DNA of 64,000 bases from Macrostomum lignano. Taxonomy: Eukaryota. Within the stretch, counting starts at the first letter, position 1; each line of letters begins with the position of its first letter. The stretch lies in assembly GCA_002269645.1 (NCBI GenBank), contig NIVC01001124.1:124001-188000 (forward strand), written 5' to 3'. The notes beneath the pieces were generated by a model. The model made no database searches and was not told the origin of the DNA. It was given only the letters and a program-made list of their open reading frames with translations. Made by a program: the position numbers and the translations under genes. Positions 51,926 to 63,991 of the stretch are shown in pieces.

Positions 51926-52380
51926 CAATAAACTTGCCCGATAAAGTTAGATTTGCTCAAGAAACTCTTTCACACAAGAGTGCAGCCAGACATACCGATA
52001 ATAACCCAGATAGTGCAACTGACACAAGTGAATTCAACAGTTCAGTGCAAAGTTGCACCCCATGAATTCAAAAAATTTGCCCGATAAGATCGAGTCTCGA
52101 AAACTTATATAAATAGACTTCACAAGGAATTCACTGTCGTGCAACACGAGTGTTTATCACGTTCATACATTTACTTTATTTAACTTTTTGAGGTTCTAAG
52201 TTAGAAAAAAAATTGATAAAACCTGCACAAATACACACGAATAACTGATGACGGACCCTGCAAAGTTCGCTGGAGGCAAAAAATGAACATTGACAAGAAA
52301 CGCTTGTATATATTTAAGGTTTTTTATCACTAAGTTAAATATATCGGTTCCATCAATTTGACTCGTAAGTTAATTTATTG

Positions 52381-55300
52381 GCGGCGGCGTCCCTAACCAA
52401 GAGACAGCGTCCCCATCAAAGAGACGGCGTCCCCAAAACCAAGAAACACCGTCCAGAACCAAGAGACAGCGTCCCGAGAACTTAGAGACGGCGTCCCCAA
52501 CCCAGAGACAGCGTCCCCAACAAAACCACAGCGTCTCCAGAACTAAGATGCAGTGTCCCTATCCAAGAGACAGCGTCCCTAGAACTAAGAGACGGCGTCT
52601 CCAACCCAGAGACAGCGTCCCCAACAAAACGACAGCGTCTCCAGAACTAAGATGCAGCGTCCCTATCCAAGAGAAAACGATCCAAACCAAAAAAAAGCGT
52701 CCCAGAACTTAGAGACCGCGTCCCCAACCAAGAGACAGCGTCCCCAACAAAACGACAGCGTCTCCAACCAAGAGACAGCGTCTCTAGAACTAAGAGACGG
52801 CGTCCCCCACCAAGAGACAGCGTCCCCAACAAAACGACAGCGTCTCCAGAACTAAGATGCAGCGTCCCTATCCAAGAGACAACGTCCCTAGAACTAAGAG
52901 ACGGCCTCCCTAGAACTAAGAGACAGCGTCCCCAACCAAGAGACAGCGTCCCCATCAAAGACACAGCGTCCCCAACCAAGAGACAGCGTCCCTAGAACTA
53001 AGAGACGGCGTCCTTAATTAAGAGACAGCGTCCCCAACCAAGAGACAGTGTCCCGAACCCAGAGACAGCGTCCCCAACAAAACGACAGCGTCTCCGGAAC
53101 TTAGATGTAGCGTCCCTATCCAAGAGACAGCGTCTCCAACCAAGAGACAGCGTCCCTAGAACTAAGAGACGGCGTCCTTAATTAAGAGACAGCGTCCCCA
53201 ACCAAGAGACAGTGTCCCGAACCCAGAGACAGCGTCCCCAACAAAACGACAGCGTCTCCGGAACTTAGATGCAGCGTCCCTATCCAAGAGACAGCGTCTC
53301 CAACCAAGAGACAGCGTCCCCAACAAAACGACAGCGTCTCCGGAACTTAGATGCAGCGTCCCTATCCAAGAGACAGCGTCCCTAGAACTAAGAGACGGCG
53401 TCCCTAGAACTAAGAGACAGCGTCCCCATCAAAGAGACAGCGTCCCCAACCAAGAAACAGCGTCCCTAGAACTAAGAGACGGCGTCCCTAACCAAGAGAC
53501 AGCATCCCTAGAACTAAGAGACGGCGTCCCCAACCAAGAGACAGCGTCCCTATCCAACAGACAGCGTCCCTAGAACTAAAAGACGGCGTCCCCAACCAAG
53601 AGACAGCGTCCCCAACAAAACGACAGCGTCTCCAGAACTAAGATGCAGCGTCCCTATCCAAGAGACAGCGTCCCTAGAACTAAGAGACGGCGTCCCCAAC
53701 CAAGAGACAGCGTCCCCATCAAAGACACAGCGTCCCCAACCAAGAGACAGCGTCCCTAGAACTAAGAGACGGCGTCCTTAATTAAGAGACAGCGTCCCGA
53801 GAACTTAGAGACGGCGTCCCCAACCAAGAGACAGCGTCCCCAACAAAACGACAGCGTCTCCAGAACTAAGATGCAGCGTCCCTAACCAAGAGACAGCGTC
53901 CTCATCAAAGAGACGGCGTCCCCAAAACCAAGAAACACCGTCCAGAACCAAGAGACAGCGTCCCGAGAACTTAGAGACGGCGTCCCCAACCCAGAGACAG
54001 CGTCCCCAACAAAACCACAGCGTCCTGAGAACTTAGAGACGGCGTCCCCAACCCAGAGACAGCGTCCCCAACAAAACCACAGCGTCTCCAGAACTAAGAT
54101 GCAGTGTCCCTATCCAAGAGACAGCGTCCCTAGAACTAAGAGACGGCGTCTCCAACCCAGAGACAGCGTCCCCAACAAAACGACAGCGTCTCATGAACTA
54201 AGATGCAGCGTCCCTATCCAAGAGACAACGTCCCAAACCAAAAAAAGCGTCCCCAGAACTTAGAGACGGCGTCCCCCACCAAGAGACAGCGTCCCCATCA
54301 AAGACACAGCGTCCCCAACCAAGAGACAGCGTCCCCAACAAAACGACAGCGTCTCCAGAACTAAGATGCAGCGTCCCTATCCAAGAGACAGCGTCCCTAG
54401 AACTAAGAGACGGCCTCCCTAGAACTAAGAGACGGCGTCCCCAACCAAGAGACAGCGTCTCCATCAAAGACACAGCGTCCCCAACCAAGAGACAGCATCC
54501 CTAGAACTAAGAGACGGCGTCCTTAATTAAGAGACAGCGTCCCCAACCAAGAGACAGTGTCCCGAACCCAGAGACAGCGTCCCCAACAAAACGACAGCGT
54601 CTCCGGAACTTAGATGCAGCGTCCCTATCCAAGAGACAGCGTCTCCAACCAAGAGACAGCGTCCCCAACAAAACGACAGCGTCTCCGGAACTTAGATGCA
54701 GCGTCCCTATCCAAGAGACAGCGTCCCTAGAACTAAGAGACGGCGTCCCTAGAACTAAGAGACAGCGTCCCCATCAAAGAGACAGCGTCCCCAACCAAGA
54801 AACAGCGTCTCTAGAACTAAGAGACGGCGTCCCCAACCAAGAGACAGCGTCCCTAGAACTAAGAGACGGCCTCCCTAGAACTAAGAGACGGCGTCCCCAA
54901 CCAAGAGACAGCGTCCCTATCCAAGAGACAGCGTCCCTAGAACTAAGAGACGGCGTCCCCAACCAAGAGACAGCGTCCCCAACAAAACGACAGCGTCTCC
55001 AGAACTAAGATGCAGCGTCCCTATCCAAGAGACAGCGTCCCTAGAACTAAGAGACGGCCTCCCTAGAACTAAGAGACAGCGTCCCCAACCAAGAGACAGC
55101 GTCCCCATCAAAGACACAGCGTCCCCAACCAAGAGACAGCGTCCCTAGAACTAAGAGACGGCGTCCCCAACCAAGAGACAGCGTCTCTAGAACTAAGAGA
55201 CGGCGTCCCCCACCAAGAGACAGCGTCCCCATCAAAGACACAGCGTCCCCAACCAAGAGACAGCGTCCCTAACAAAACGACAGCGTCTCCAGAACTAAGA

Positions 55301-57130
55301 TGCAGCGTCCCTAACCAAGAGACAGCGTCCCCATCAAAGAGATGGCGTCCCCAAAACCAAGAAACACCGTCCAGAACCAAGAGACAGCGTCCCGAGAACT
55401 TAGAGACGGCGTCCCCAACCCAGAGACAGCGTCCCCAACAAAACCACAGCGTCTCCAGAACTAAGATGCAGTGTCCCTATCCAAGAGACAGCGTCCCTAG
55501 AACTAAGAGACGGCGTCCCCAACCCAGAGACGGCGTCCCCAACAAAACGACAGCGTCTCCAGAACTAAGATGTAGCGTCCCTATCCAAGAGACAACGTCC
55601 CAAACAAAAAAAAAGCGTCCCCAGAACTTAGAGACCGCGTCCCCAACCAAGAGACAGCGTCCCCAACAAAACGACAGCGTCTCCAGAACTAAGATGCAGC
55701 GTCCCTATCCAAGAGACAACGTCCCTAGAACTAAGAGACGGCGTCCCCAACCAAGAGACAGCGTCTCTAGAACTAAGAGACGGCGTCCCCCACCAAGAGA
55801 CAGCGTCCCCATCAAAGACACAGCGTCCCCAACCAAGAGACAGCGTCCCCAACAAAACGACAGCGTCTCCAGAACTAAGATGCAGCGTCCCTATCCAAGA
55901 GACAGCGTCCCTAGAACTAAGAGACGGCCTCCCTAGAACTAAGAGACGGCGTCCCCAATCAAGAGACAGCGTCCCCATCAAAGACACAGCGTCCCCAACC
56001 AAGAGACAGCGTCCCTAGAACTAAGAGACGGCGTCCTTAATTAAGAGACAGCGTCCCCAACCAAGAGACAGTGTCCCGAACCCAGAGACAGCGTCCCCAA
56101 CAAAACGACAGCGTCTCCGGAACTTAGATGCAGCGTCCCTATCCAAGAGACAGCGTCTCCAACCAAGAGACAGCGTCCCCAACAAAACGACAGCGTCTCC
56201 GGAACTTAGATGCAGCGTCCCTATCCAAGAGACAGCGTCCCTAGAACTAAGAGACGGCGTCCCTAGAACTAAGAGACAGCGTCCCCATCAAAGAGACAGC
56301 GTCCCCAACCAAGAAACAGCGTCCCTAGAACTAAGAGACGGCGTCCCCAACAAAACGACAGCGTCTCCAGAACTAAGATGCAGCGTCCCTATCCAAGAGA
56401 CAACATCCCAAACAAAAAAAAGCGTCCCCAGAACTTAGAGACCGCGTCCCCAACCAAGAGACAGCGTCCCCATCAAAGACACAGCGTCCCCAACCAAGAG
56501 ACAGCGTCCCTAGAACTAAGAGACGGCGTCCCCAACAAAGTAACACCGTCCCCAGAACCAAGAGACACCGTGTCGAACCAAGCGACAGCGTCCCAGACCA
56601 AGAGAGCGCGTCCTTGAAACCAAGAGACAGCGTCACGAACAAGGAGACAGCCTTTCCAAAACCAAGATACAGTGTCCCCCGAAGTAAGAGACGGCGTCCC
56701 CAATTAAGAGACAGCGTCCACAACCAAGAGACAGAGTCCTGATCCAAAAGACAGGGTCCCCAACAAAACGACAGCGTCTCCGGAACTAAGATGCAGCGCC
56801 CTATCCAAGAGACAACGTCCCTAGAACTAAGAGACGGCGTCCTCAACTGAGAGCGTCCCCAAAAAGAGACATAATCGCAAACCAACAGAGAGCGTCCTTG
56901 GAACCAAGAGACAGCGTTTTCAGGACTTAGCTACAGCGTCTCCCACACAGAGACAGCGTCCCGAACCAAAAGAAAGCGTCCCCAGAACTAAGATATGGCG
57001 TCATCAACAAAGAGACAGCCTCCCCAAAAAAGATACACCGTCCCCAGAACAAAGAGATCGCGTCCCCAACCAAGAGACAGCGACCCCATCAAAGAGACGG
57101 CGTACCGAACAAAGAGTTAACCACGAGACA
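52381..57130 (+). repeat. 4.7-kb modular satellite built on an AGAGACAGCGTCCC core with interchangeable spacer modules
   Basis: Directly visible; modules include ccaaccaag, tagaactaag, ccatcaaag, caacaaaacg and cttaattaag. Confidence 0.97.
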
Positions 57131-57209
57131 GAGTTTCCTAGAGAAAACTTGGTGGAAAACGCTTTTGCCTGGATTGCGAATGCATTCTTTTGGTTAGTGA
57201 AGTTGTCTG

Positions 57210-57480
57210 TTGGTTGGGGACGCTTTCTTCTTGGGTACGCTATTTCTGTGCTTTTTTTGAGAAAGCGGCCTACCAGTTGGGGATGATGTCACATGGTTAG
57301 GGACGGTGCGCTGTCTCTTGATTCTGGACGCTGTCTCTTTGTTCTGGGGATTGATTGCACCTTTTGCTTGGGGACGCTGTCTCTTGGTTCGGGGGACGCA
57401 GTCTTTTGCTTCCGGGACGCTGTCTTTTGGGTAGGGACGGTGCATCTTTGTTGGGGAGGTGTTCTCTTGGTTGGAGCAAC
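57210..57480 (-). repeat. Degenerate inverted patch of the same satellite
   Basis: gggacgctgtctct copies, the reverse complement of the core. Confidence 0.85.
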
Positions 57481-58318
57481 TGGAACAACAACTGCTGGGT
57501 TTCCAATAATGGAACAACAACTGCAGAGTTAATCCTTTTTTCGGTTGCTTTTGCAACGGGAAATGCCTTTAGTAAACAGTAGTCATATATTCTAATGGGC
57601 CGGTATCTGACCTTTTTTGAAGAACGCCGGGAAGCAGGAAAAAGCGGTCTATGCGTTCTCAATTGGTGACAACTTTTGTCCTGCAAGATCGATTTTGCGC
57701 TATTCCTTTGCTTACGGACCATAGCGCTAGATCATAGAAGGTCTCGACTAACTAAACACCTACCCCATTCCCTGGTGTGGCGTTCAGCCTCGACCCAACT
57801 AGCTTTGGAGATGACCTATGAGGTTGAAATGCATCGGGATTAAAGAGCTATTGACCCTTTGGTATTTTACCCCAAATTATTTCACATCGGTTGCCACTAT
57901 GATAGAAAATAAATGGAAACAAAGACAGTTTAGTCTTTCTATGCGAAGTAAAAAATAGGTTATAGGGCACCTGGCCAAAGATATATTTAAAGTTTTATAA
58001 ATTAGAGAAAAGAGGCAAGAGACAGCAGACGAGGAAGACAGAGATAAGCAAAGAGACGCAAAGAGACGCGAAGTAGCAGCCAATCAAAGGAAGGAATTTT
58101 AAGAGAACAGACTAACAAACGCACAGAAACGAAAATATGAGAAAGATGAGAAGTGCAAGAATGGACAAGAGAGATTCATGGAAGTTAAAAAAGGTGGCAG
58201 ATGCGCGGCCCTGAAATCTCGTTTTTGGAAAGAAGAAAACCGCGTTACATTAAAAAACGTTCTGCCTCAAAGCAAATGCTTAAACAGTTATGGCATTAAA
58301 AAATTAAATGCTAGGACA

Positions 58319-59137
58319 TTAAAAAATCAGAGCATAAACCGGGAGTACCTGTTCACTTCTGAATACAGCGTATTCAGCGAACGCAAATCCTGGACGATTT
58401 GGCGTTACTTGCTGCCCGTGCACCGAGTCAACTCCAAGCTGACGCATCTGGGCAGCGTCCAGGTTACGATCCTCTCGGTTCCGCGACAAAACTTTGCCCA
58501 GTCGGACCCGGCAGGCGACGATGCATTTTTCTGCATCGCTGCAGTATCTTATTGCCTTGGCAGCAGAGTCGGTTAGATAGATGGCTTTACGAAATGTCCC
58601 CTGCTTGTTCCCAATTTTAAAGCCGGTTTGAAAAATTCGTTCTGCATTCTGGCATGTTGTGCCGTGAAACAGAAGCACTGGTGCTGAATCGTCCAGTAGC
58701 TGAAATTTGACCAGCCGGAAGTTCGTCAGGAGCTGCTTATTCCTCTGCATGTATGCTCGACGGAGTTCGATTTTTATTTTGTTAGACTTTAAATTGTCTG
58801 CTACCCTGGAGAGAAGGGGCTGCAAAAGGGGATCGTCCAGATCCATTTCCTTGGTCGATTGGCTGTGCTTGCAGGAGTTACCGGAAAGTTCACCAACGTT
58901 CATAGGATCGTCATCGCAGTCGTCTTCCTCTCCTTCCTTGAGAATCTCATCCGGACAAAAAAGCGTTTTCGACTCTTTCAGCTTAAAGCATCTCTTCCTT
59001 AACGCATCAGGTGACGATTCGATTCCAGTTAGCTGTATAAATTCTTCATTAACCAGTTTCCAGGCCACTATCGGGACCATTTTTGTATGCTTCCTCTGAA
59101 GATTCTTAAGAATGCTATCAGCATGTGATGACGACAT
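58319..59137 (-). CDS. Intronless PARP-family ADP-ribosyltransferase (H-Y-E type) with a possible N-terminal Myb/SANT-like helix bundle, 272 aa
   Basis: LLFHGT...TGF...GTFRKAIYLTDSAAKAIRY...CRVRLGK...DSVHG...FAEYAVFRSEQVLPVY aligns by eye with PARP/tankyrase catalytic cores. Confidence 0.85.
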   Translation of the reverse strand: MSSSHADSILKNLQRKHTKMVPIVAWKLVNEEFIQLTGIESSPDALRKRCFKLKESKTLFCPDEILKEGEEDDCDDDPMNVGELSGNSCKHSQSTKEMDLDDPLLQPLLSRVADNLKSNKIKIELRRAYMQRNKQLLTNFRLVKFQLLDDSAPVLLFHGTTCQNAERIFQTGFKIGNKQGTFRKAIYLTDSAAKAIRYCSDAEKCIVACRVRLGKVLSRNREDRNLDAAQMRQLGVDSVHGQQVTPNRPGFAFAEYAVFRSEQVLPVYALIF

Positions 59138-59464
59138 GGTCTCCTCTTTGCTTTCGGCAGCCGGACGTTTTGCGGTAAGAAAGAAACGACTTTTTCGCTT
59201 ACGAGAATAATGAAATTAAATGGATTGCTAATCTGAGACATTTTTTTACTTCCGCTTTCCACTAGAGAATTTGACCCCCAGTATGTGCCACAGACTTAGT
59301 AAAACAAAGTAACCTTTGATGAAAATCCCTCTTGACATAATATACTTAGCTGCAGAAAGAGCTCTCGACGGAGCGGAGCGGGATGGCAATAACGCTAACC
59401 CCATACGATCAGCCGAAACTGAGTAGTAAAAATCCCTCGAAATCCATAAGTTCTTACGCGTGGA

Positions 59465-59840
59465 TAGGGACGCTGTGAATGCCCTATCGCTCTTTTAGCT
59501 GGGACGCTGTCTCTTGGTTCCTGATTCCGGGTACGCTGTCTTCTGGTTGGGGACGCTGTCTCTTGATTGGGGACGCTGTCTCTTGGTTGGGGACGCTGTC
59601 TCTTGGTTCCGGGGACGCTGTCTCTTCGTTCCCGGCACGCTGTCTCTTGATTGGGGACGCTGTCTCTTGGTTCCGGGGACGCTGTCTCTTGGTTCCGGGG
59701 ACGCTGTCTCTTGGTTCCGGGGACGCTGTCTCTTGGTTCCGGGGACGGTGTCTCTTCGTTCCCGGCACGCTGTCTCTTGATTGGGGACGCTGTCTCTTGG
59801 TTCCGGCGACGGTGTCTCTTTGTGTCTCTTGGTGTCTCTT
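59465..59840 (-). repeat. Inverted, stop-free patch of the modular satellite upstream of the PARP ORF
   Basis: ggggacgctgtctcttggttcc copies. Confidence 0.9.
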
Positions 59841-59957
59841 GGCTCAAATTTACTTTTGAGTTGTAGGACTCTATTGTGCTGGCGTTCTGTGGCTGTTTGA
59901 TTTGCAATTTTAATTTTTTGCGTTTAAATGAATGATGGATGATCCAAGGCCGCAGTT

Positions 59958-60105
59958 GGCACACTTGAAGCCCGTGTCAGGAAAGCCTCTATGTTCGCTG
60001 CGCAGCGGCACACTTGAAGCCCGTGTCAGGAAAGCCTCTATGTTCGCTGCGCAGCGGCACACTTGAAGCCCGTGTCAGGAAAGCCTCTATGTTCGCTGCG
60101 CAGCG
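59958..60105. repeat. 49-bp perfect tandem triplication
   Basis: cacttgaagcccgtgtcaggaaagcctctatgttcgctgcgcagcggca x3. Confidence 0.93.
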
Positions 60106-60109
60106 AGCC

Positions 60110-61690
60110 AATAGGATTCCCCGACGTACGCTCGTAATAAATGTGGCTCTGGACAACGGAGTTTTTCGTCTTTTTGTCTTGAAAGCCACCCAAGCAAATC
60201 CGCCGCTGCGCCGCCGGAGGTCCTCTTCCACGTGTAGCACCAGACCGCCGAGGTAGGTGAACCGCTGGCAGCGTGCGAGCTTGGTCGTGTGCCCATCTGC
60301 GCCGCGGCACGTCAGGATGTCGGCTGGCACAGGCAGCACCTCGGTCTTCAGCGTGTTGACAACAAGACCGACGCTCGATGCCACCTCAACCAGCTTGTCG
60401 ATCTGGCGCTGGGCGCCTTCAACGGACGAGGACCGGAGGGTGAGCAGTTTTTGTCGTGGCGGCGATGGATGCGTCTGCGCAGCAGGAAGCCGTCGTCAGC
60501 CGAGGGGAGTGCTATCCAAAGTACCCAGTCCAGCAGCAGCACGAAGAGGAACGGCGCCAGCGTGTCGCCCTGAAGAACTCGAGTATCGCAATACAGCGAC
60601 ATGACAGCGCCAATTAGCTGCTGCGGGACCCGGTAGGCTCGAAGGATGAAGGCAAGCGCGGCCCTCTACACCGAGTTAAACGCCTTTCGAAAGGCAACGA
60701 AGACAATGATCAGCCTAGACTAGCGGATGCGCGCCTCCTCGATGACACGGCGGAGTGCGAGGATCTGTATCACAGCAGGCCGGAAATCGTTTTGCTCGAT
60801 TGCAGGTACGGGTCCAGCACTGATTGCAGAAGATCGAGCAGCAGCCGGTTGAAGAGCTTCGCGGTGCAGGACATCAGTGGGATCCCGCGGTGTTCTTCTT
60901 TTCGCGTTGTCCCTGCCTTCTTCGGGATCGGCACGATGTGCACGACGGCCCACTCGGTGGGCGCAAGAGCGCCGGAGAGCACACGGTTCATGACGCCTGT
61001 GACCTGGGAGGCCACACAGCGTAGCCGCAGCGCTTCGACTGGGACTTCGTTGGGGCCGAGCGCCTTGCCGCCTGGTGATTGCCGAGCGAACAGCACAACG
61101 TCCTCCGTGGTGACTGGGCTGGTGCAGGAGTCCTCCTTAGCTGGGAGCGGCGTGTCCAGTAGGAGCGCAAAGCTGAAGGGCAGCGGCGACGCGGGCGCAT
61201 TCACGATGTCGGCGAAGAAGTCACGCCATTCATTCCTGCGCTTCTCCGGGGTGTCACCGGCCAGGTTCAGCGCCACGCGCTTTTTGCGCCCCGTCAGAGT
61301 CCGGACGGCCGTTCACACTGTGCGGCTCTTCACGTCGCGGCCGGCTGCAGTGATAGTGATGGATGCAGTGATGGCTGCAATAATGCGCTTGCAAGTGCAA
61401 ACCAGCGCATGACCGAGTTGCGCCAGTCTCCTCGTGGCGTTGCACCCGCCTGCGTTCTGCCGCCTTCTCTTGCAGCCCGCAAAGGTGACCAGGCGGGCGG
61501 GGGGCTTGCGGAACTGGGTGTTCGCAGACACCAGATCCAGCCGGTGAAGCAGATCCTCCAGTGCATCAATTTTGTCGTTCTCGCGTTGCGCGACAAAGGG
61601 CGAGCGCTCGGACCTCCGCGGGACTGCGTTCAGGTCTCCGAGTACCGCCAGCGTGTCGCGGTTTGGCACCTCTTCCAGCTGCCTAGCCAG
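60110..61690 (-). mobile_element. RTE-type non-LTR retrotransposon (APE and RT), degenerate and truncated
   Basis: AVLGDLNA (APE), GKALGP, IVPIPKK, RGIPLMSCTAKLFNRLLL, QILALRRVIEE, VLQGDTLAPFLFVLLLDWVL, VNTLKTEV, FTYLGG. Confidence 0.9.
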
Positions 61691-62549
61691 GAAGTCGAAG
61701 AACTGGTTGAAACGGATGCCTCACTTGACGGAATTGGTTGGCAGTTGTTGGAACTGATTGACTGTTTGTTGGAAATGTATACAAACTGTCGAATCTGTGT
61801 CGCAGTTTGTCGAAACTGGTTGAAAATTGAAGCTGTCACAGCCAAAAAGTGTCGGAATCGGATGCCAGAAATTAAAATTGGTTGCAGGTGGTTCAAAATT
61901 GAAAGTGAAAAGGTGTGGTTGGCTGGTCATGTTCTCCGCGTGTTCTGAGAAGGGGCACTGGCTGTACATTCTGTGCACTTGGCTGCAACCCAAACCGCCC
62001 GTCCCTAGACCTTGCCTTTCGATTTTGACTTAAATTATGTACATTATAAGTTATTGATTCAATTTACACAAATATCATATTTATTTACTCGCAACCGACT
62101 TGTTAGTTCAAATAAACCTGAAGATGCACATTGTAGCGCGAAACGCGTCGTCTCATTGGACCTATGTTGATTTTCGGTCTCCTCTTCATAAGCGTGATAA
62201 TCGGCCATAAGATTGAGATGAGTTTGCTGCCATCGATCTGATCAAAATCATGTCCTAATCTGATCAAACAAATGGCGAAGCACTGCAGCAGGAGGTGACT
62301 GCACAGTAAAAAAAAATTTAACATCAGAGTCAAATTTAGGAGAAGAGCCATTGTCTTAAACTCTGACTTCCAATGAACCCTCCATTCCTGTCAAGCAACA
62401 CTTCGCCTTTTTTAGTATCTATCGATAGAGACAAACGGAACACTGTAATTACTTGCCCAGGCCAGCGGTACCCAGGCCAAGAAGCGTCCCAGAGTCTCTT
62501 GCGTGGCACCAGAGTCGTTTCAGAGTCGTTGCAGATGACACAGGTAAAA

Positions 62550-63160
62550 TTGGAAAGTGACTCTAAATGACTCTAGAACGACGAGATGTCACGGTGCAAG
62601 GCGCCAAAAAGTCATCAAAGAGTCGCTCAAGAATCACTTTGAAGCTTTTTTTTGCCTGCGACTCTGAAACGACTCTGGGACGACGCAAGTGACTCTGGGG
62701 CTGTAGAGTCGTATTTGAGGTGTGCTAGAGTCGCTGTAGAGTCACTGAGTTGTGTTTGAAGCGCATTTGCGTCGCTTGATGAATTAGAGTCACATCTCCA
62801 GCAAAATTTAAGCGCCGACACAACGATTCTTGGACGACTCTTTCGCGACTCTTTCACGATTCTGCAATTCACGTGACGCGCTTGTGACGCAACAGTCGCC
62901 TCTCCGTCGCATTAGACGCGTTTGAGTCGTTAAAAAGTCACAAGAGTTGCCCAAGAGTCGCTAAGAGTCACAAGCCAAAAGTCAAAAGTCACGAGCCAAA
63001 AGTCACAAGAGTTGCCCAAGAGTCGCTAAGAGTCACAAGCCAAAAGTCAAAAGTCACGAGCCAAAAGTCGCAAGGGTTGCCCAAGAGTCGCTAAGAGTCG
63101 CTAGTAGTTGTTTGCAATGACCCTTTAGCGATTCTTGTCACGGTAACATTTTCAACGGGT
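62550..63160. repeat. Dispersed repeat rich in gagtcgc/gcgactc motifs with an internal ~65-bp tandem; paralogue of 17609-18120
   Basis: Shared sequence blocks; ends in ttcaacggg. Confidence 0.65.
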
Positions 63161-63803
63161 TGACCAAGGAGAATCAGGAATCAGGAATCACAACGACCGC
63201 GCGTTTATATTTGCACCAAATCATAAATTACCAAAGGATCGATGATCTTTCGCAACATGGTTATTAATATTTGTTTGCATAGCATTTTCGTTTACTTTTA
63301 CTTATAGTAGAGTAGTAAGTAATAAAGTAAGAGTCATTCATTTCGGTCTTAAAACGTATGCAGAATAGCTTATTCTGCATCAATTGAGGACAGACAAAAC
63401 CATCGACAATCCGTGTGTGAAATCAAGCGGAAGAAAATTGGACCACTTTTTACATTGAGTTGCCTGTAAAAGTTAACAATTTATAACAATGTAAAACAAA
63501 GAGACAAGAACAATCAGAAGTTTGGAAGCCAAAACCCGGCCTCCCAGTGAGATTTGCAAGACCTGCAGTGTAGCATACTTTTAATTTTGCTGTATTTTGG
63601 ATACAAAATTTCCAAAAGAGATGTTCAAACGGTTTCTCAGAAAAATGACGTGTATTTGATTTTATTCAATGAAAAAGAGGAATATGAATAAACAGTGACC
63701 GAGAACTGTCATATTTTACAGAATTTACTCGAAAAATGAAGAATTACCGCTAACTCGGTCGAGAATCCACGATTTGCACAACTAACAGCTACTAATAATA
63801 CTA

Positions 63804-63991
63804 CTACTGACTGGACGGAGTGACAGTAGTCTGTACAGAGTTTCTGAGTCTGTGAGATTTGCTCATGGAGAGAACGAACAGAACCATGAGCAGCAGAGCC
63901 ACCACCAGAGCTACTGAGATCCACAGTCGGTACTGGCAGATGGCAGCGCAGATTTTCCTCCGGCCGGACTTGGCCGGACTTGAGCACTCGT
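63804..63991 (-). CDS. Probable terminal exon encoding a transmembrane helix, from a gene extending beyond the window
   Basis: After acceptor ctAG: (D)ECSSPAKSGRRKICAAICQYRLWISVALVVALLLMVLFVLSMSKSHRLRNSVQTTVTPSSQ*. This frame is absent from the ORF track. Confidence 0.5.

Noticed and set aside
52647-56885. Multiple ORFs within the large satellite
   Set aside because: They are short, interrupted by frequent tagaactaag stops, and have no splice context.
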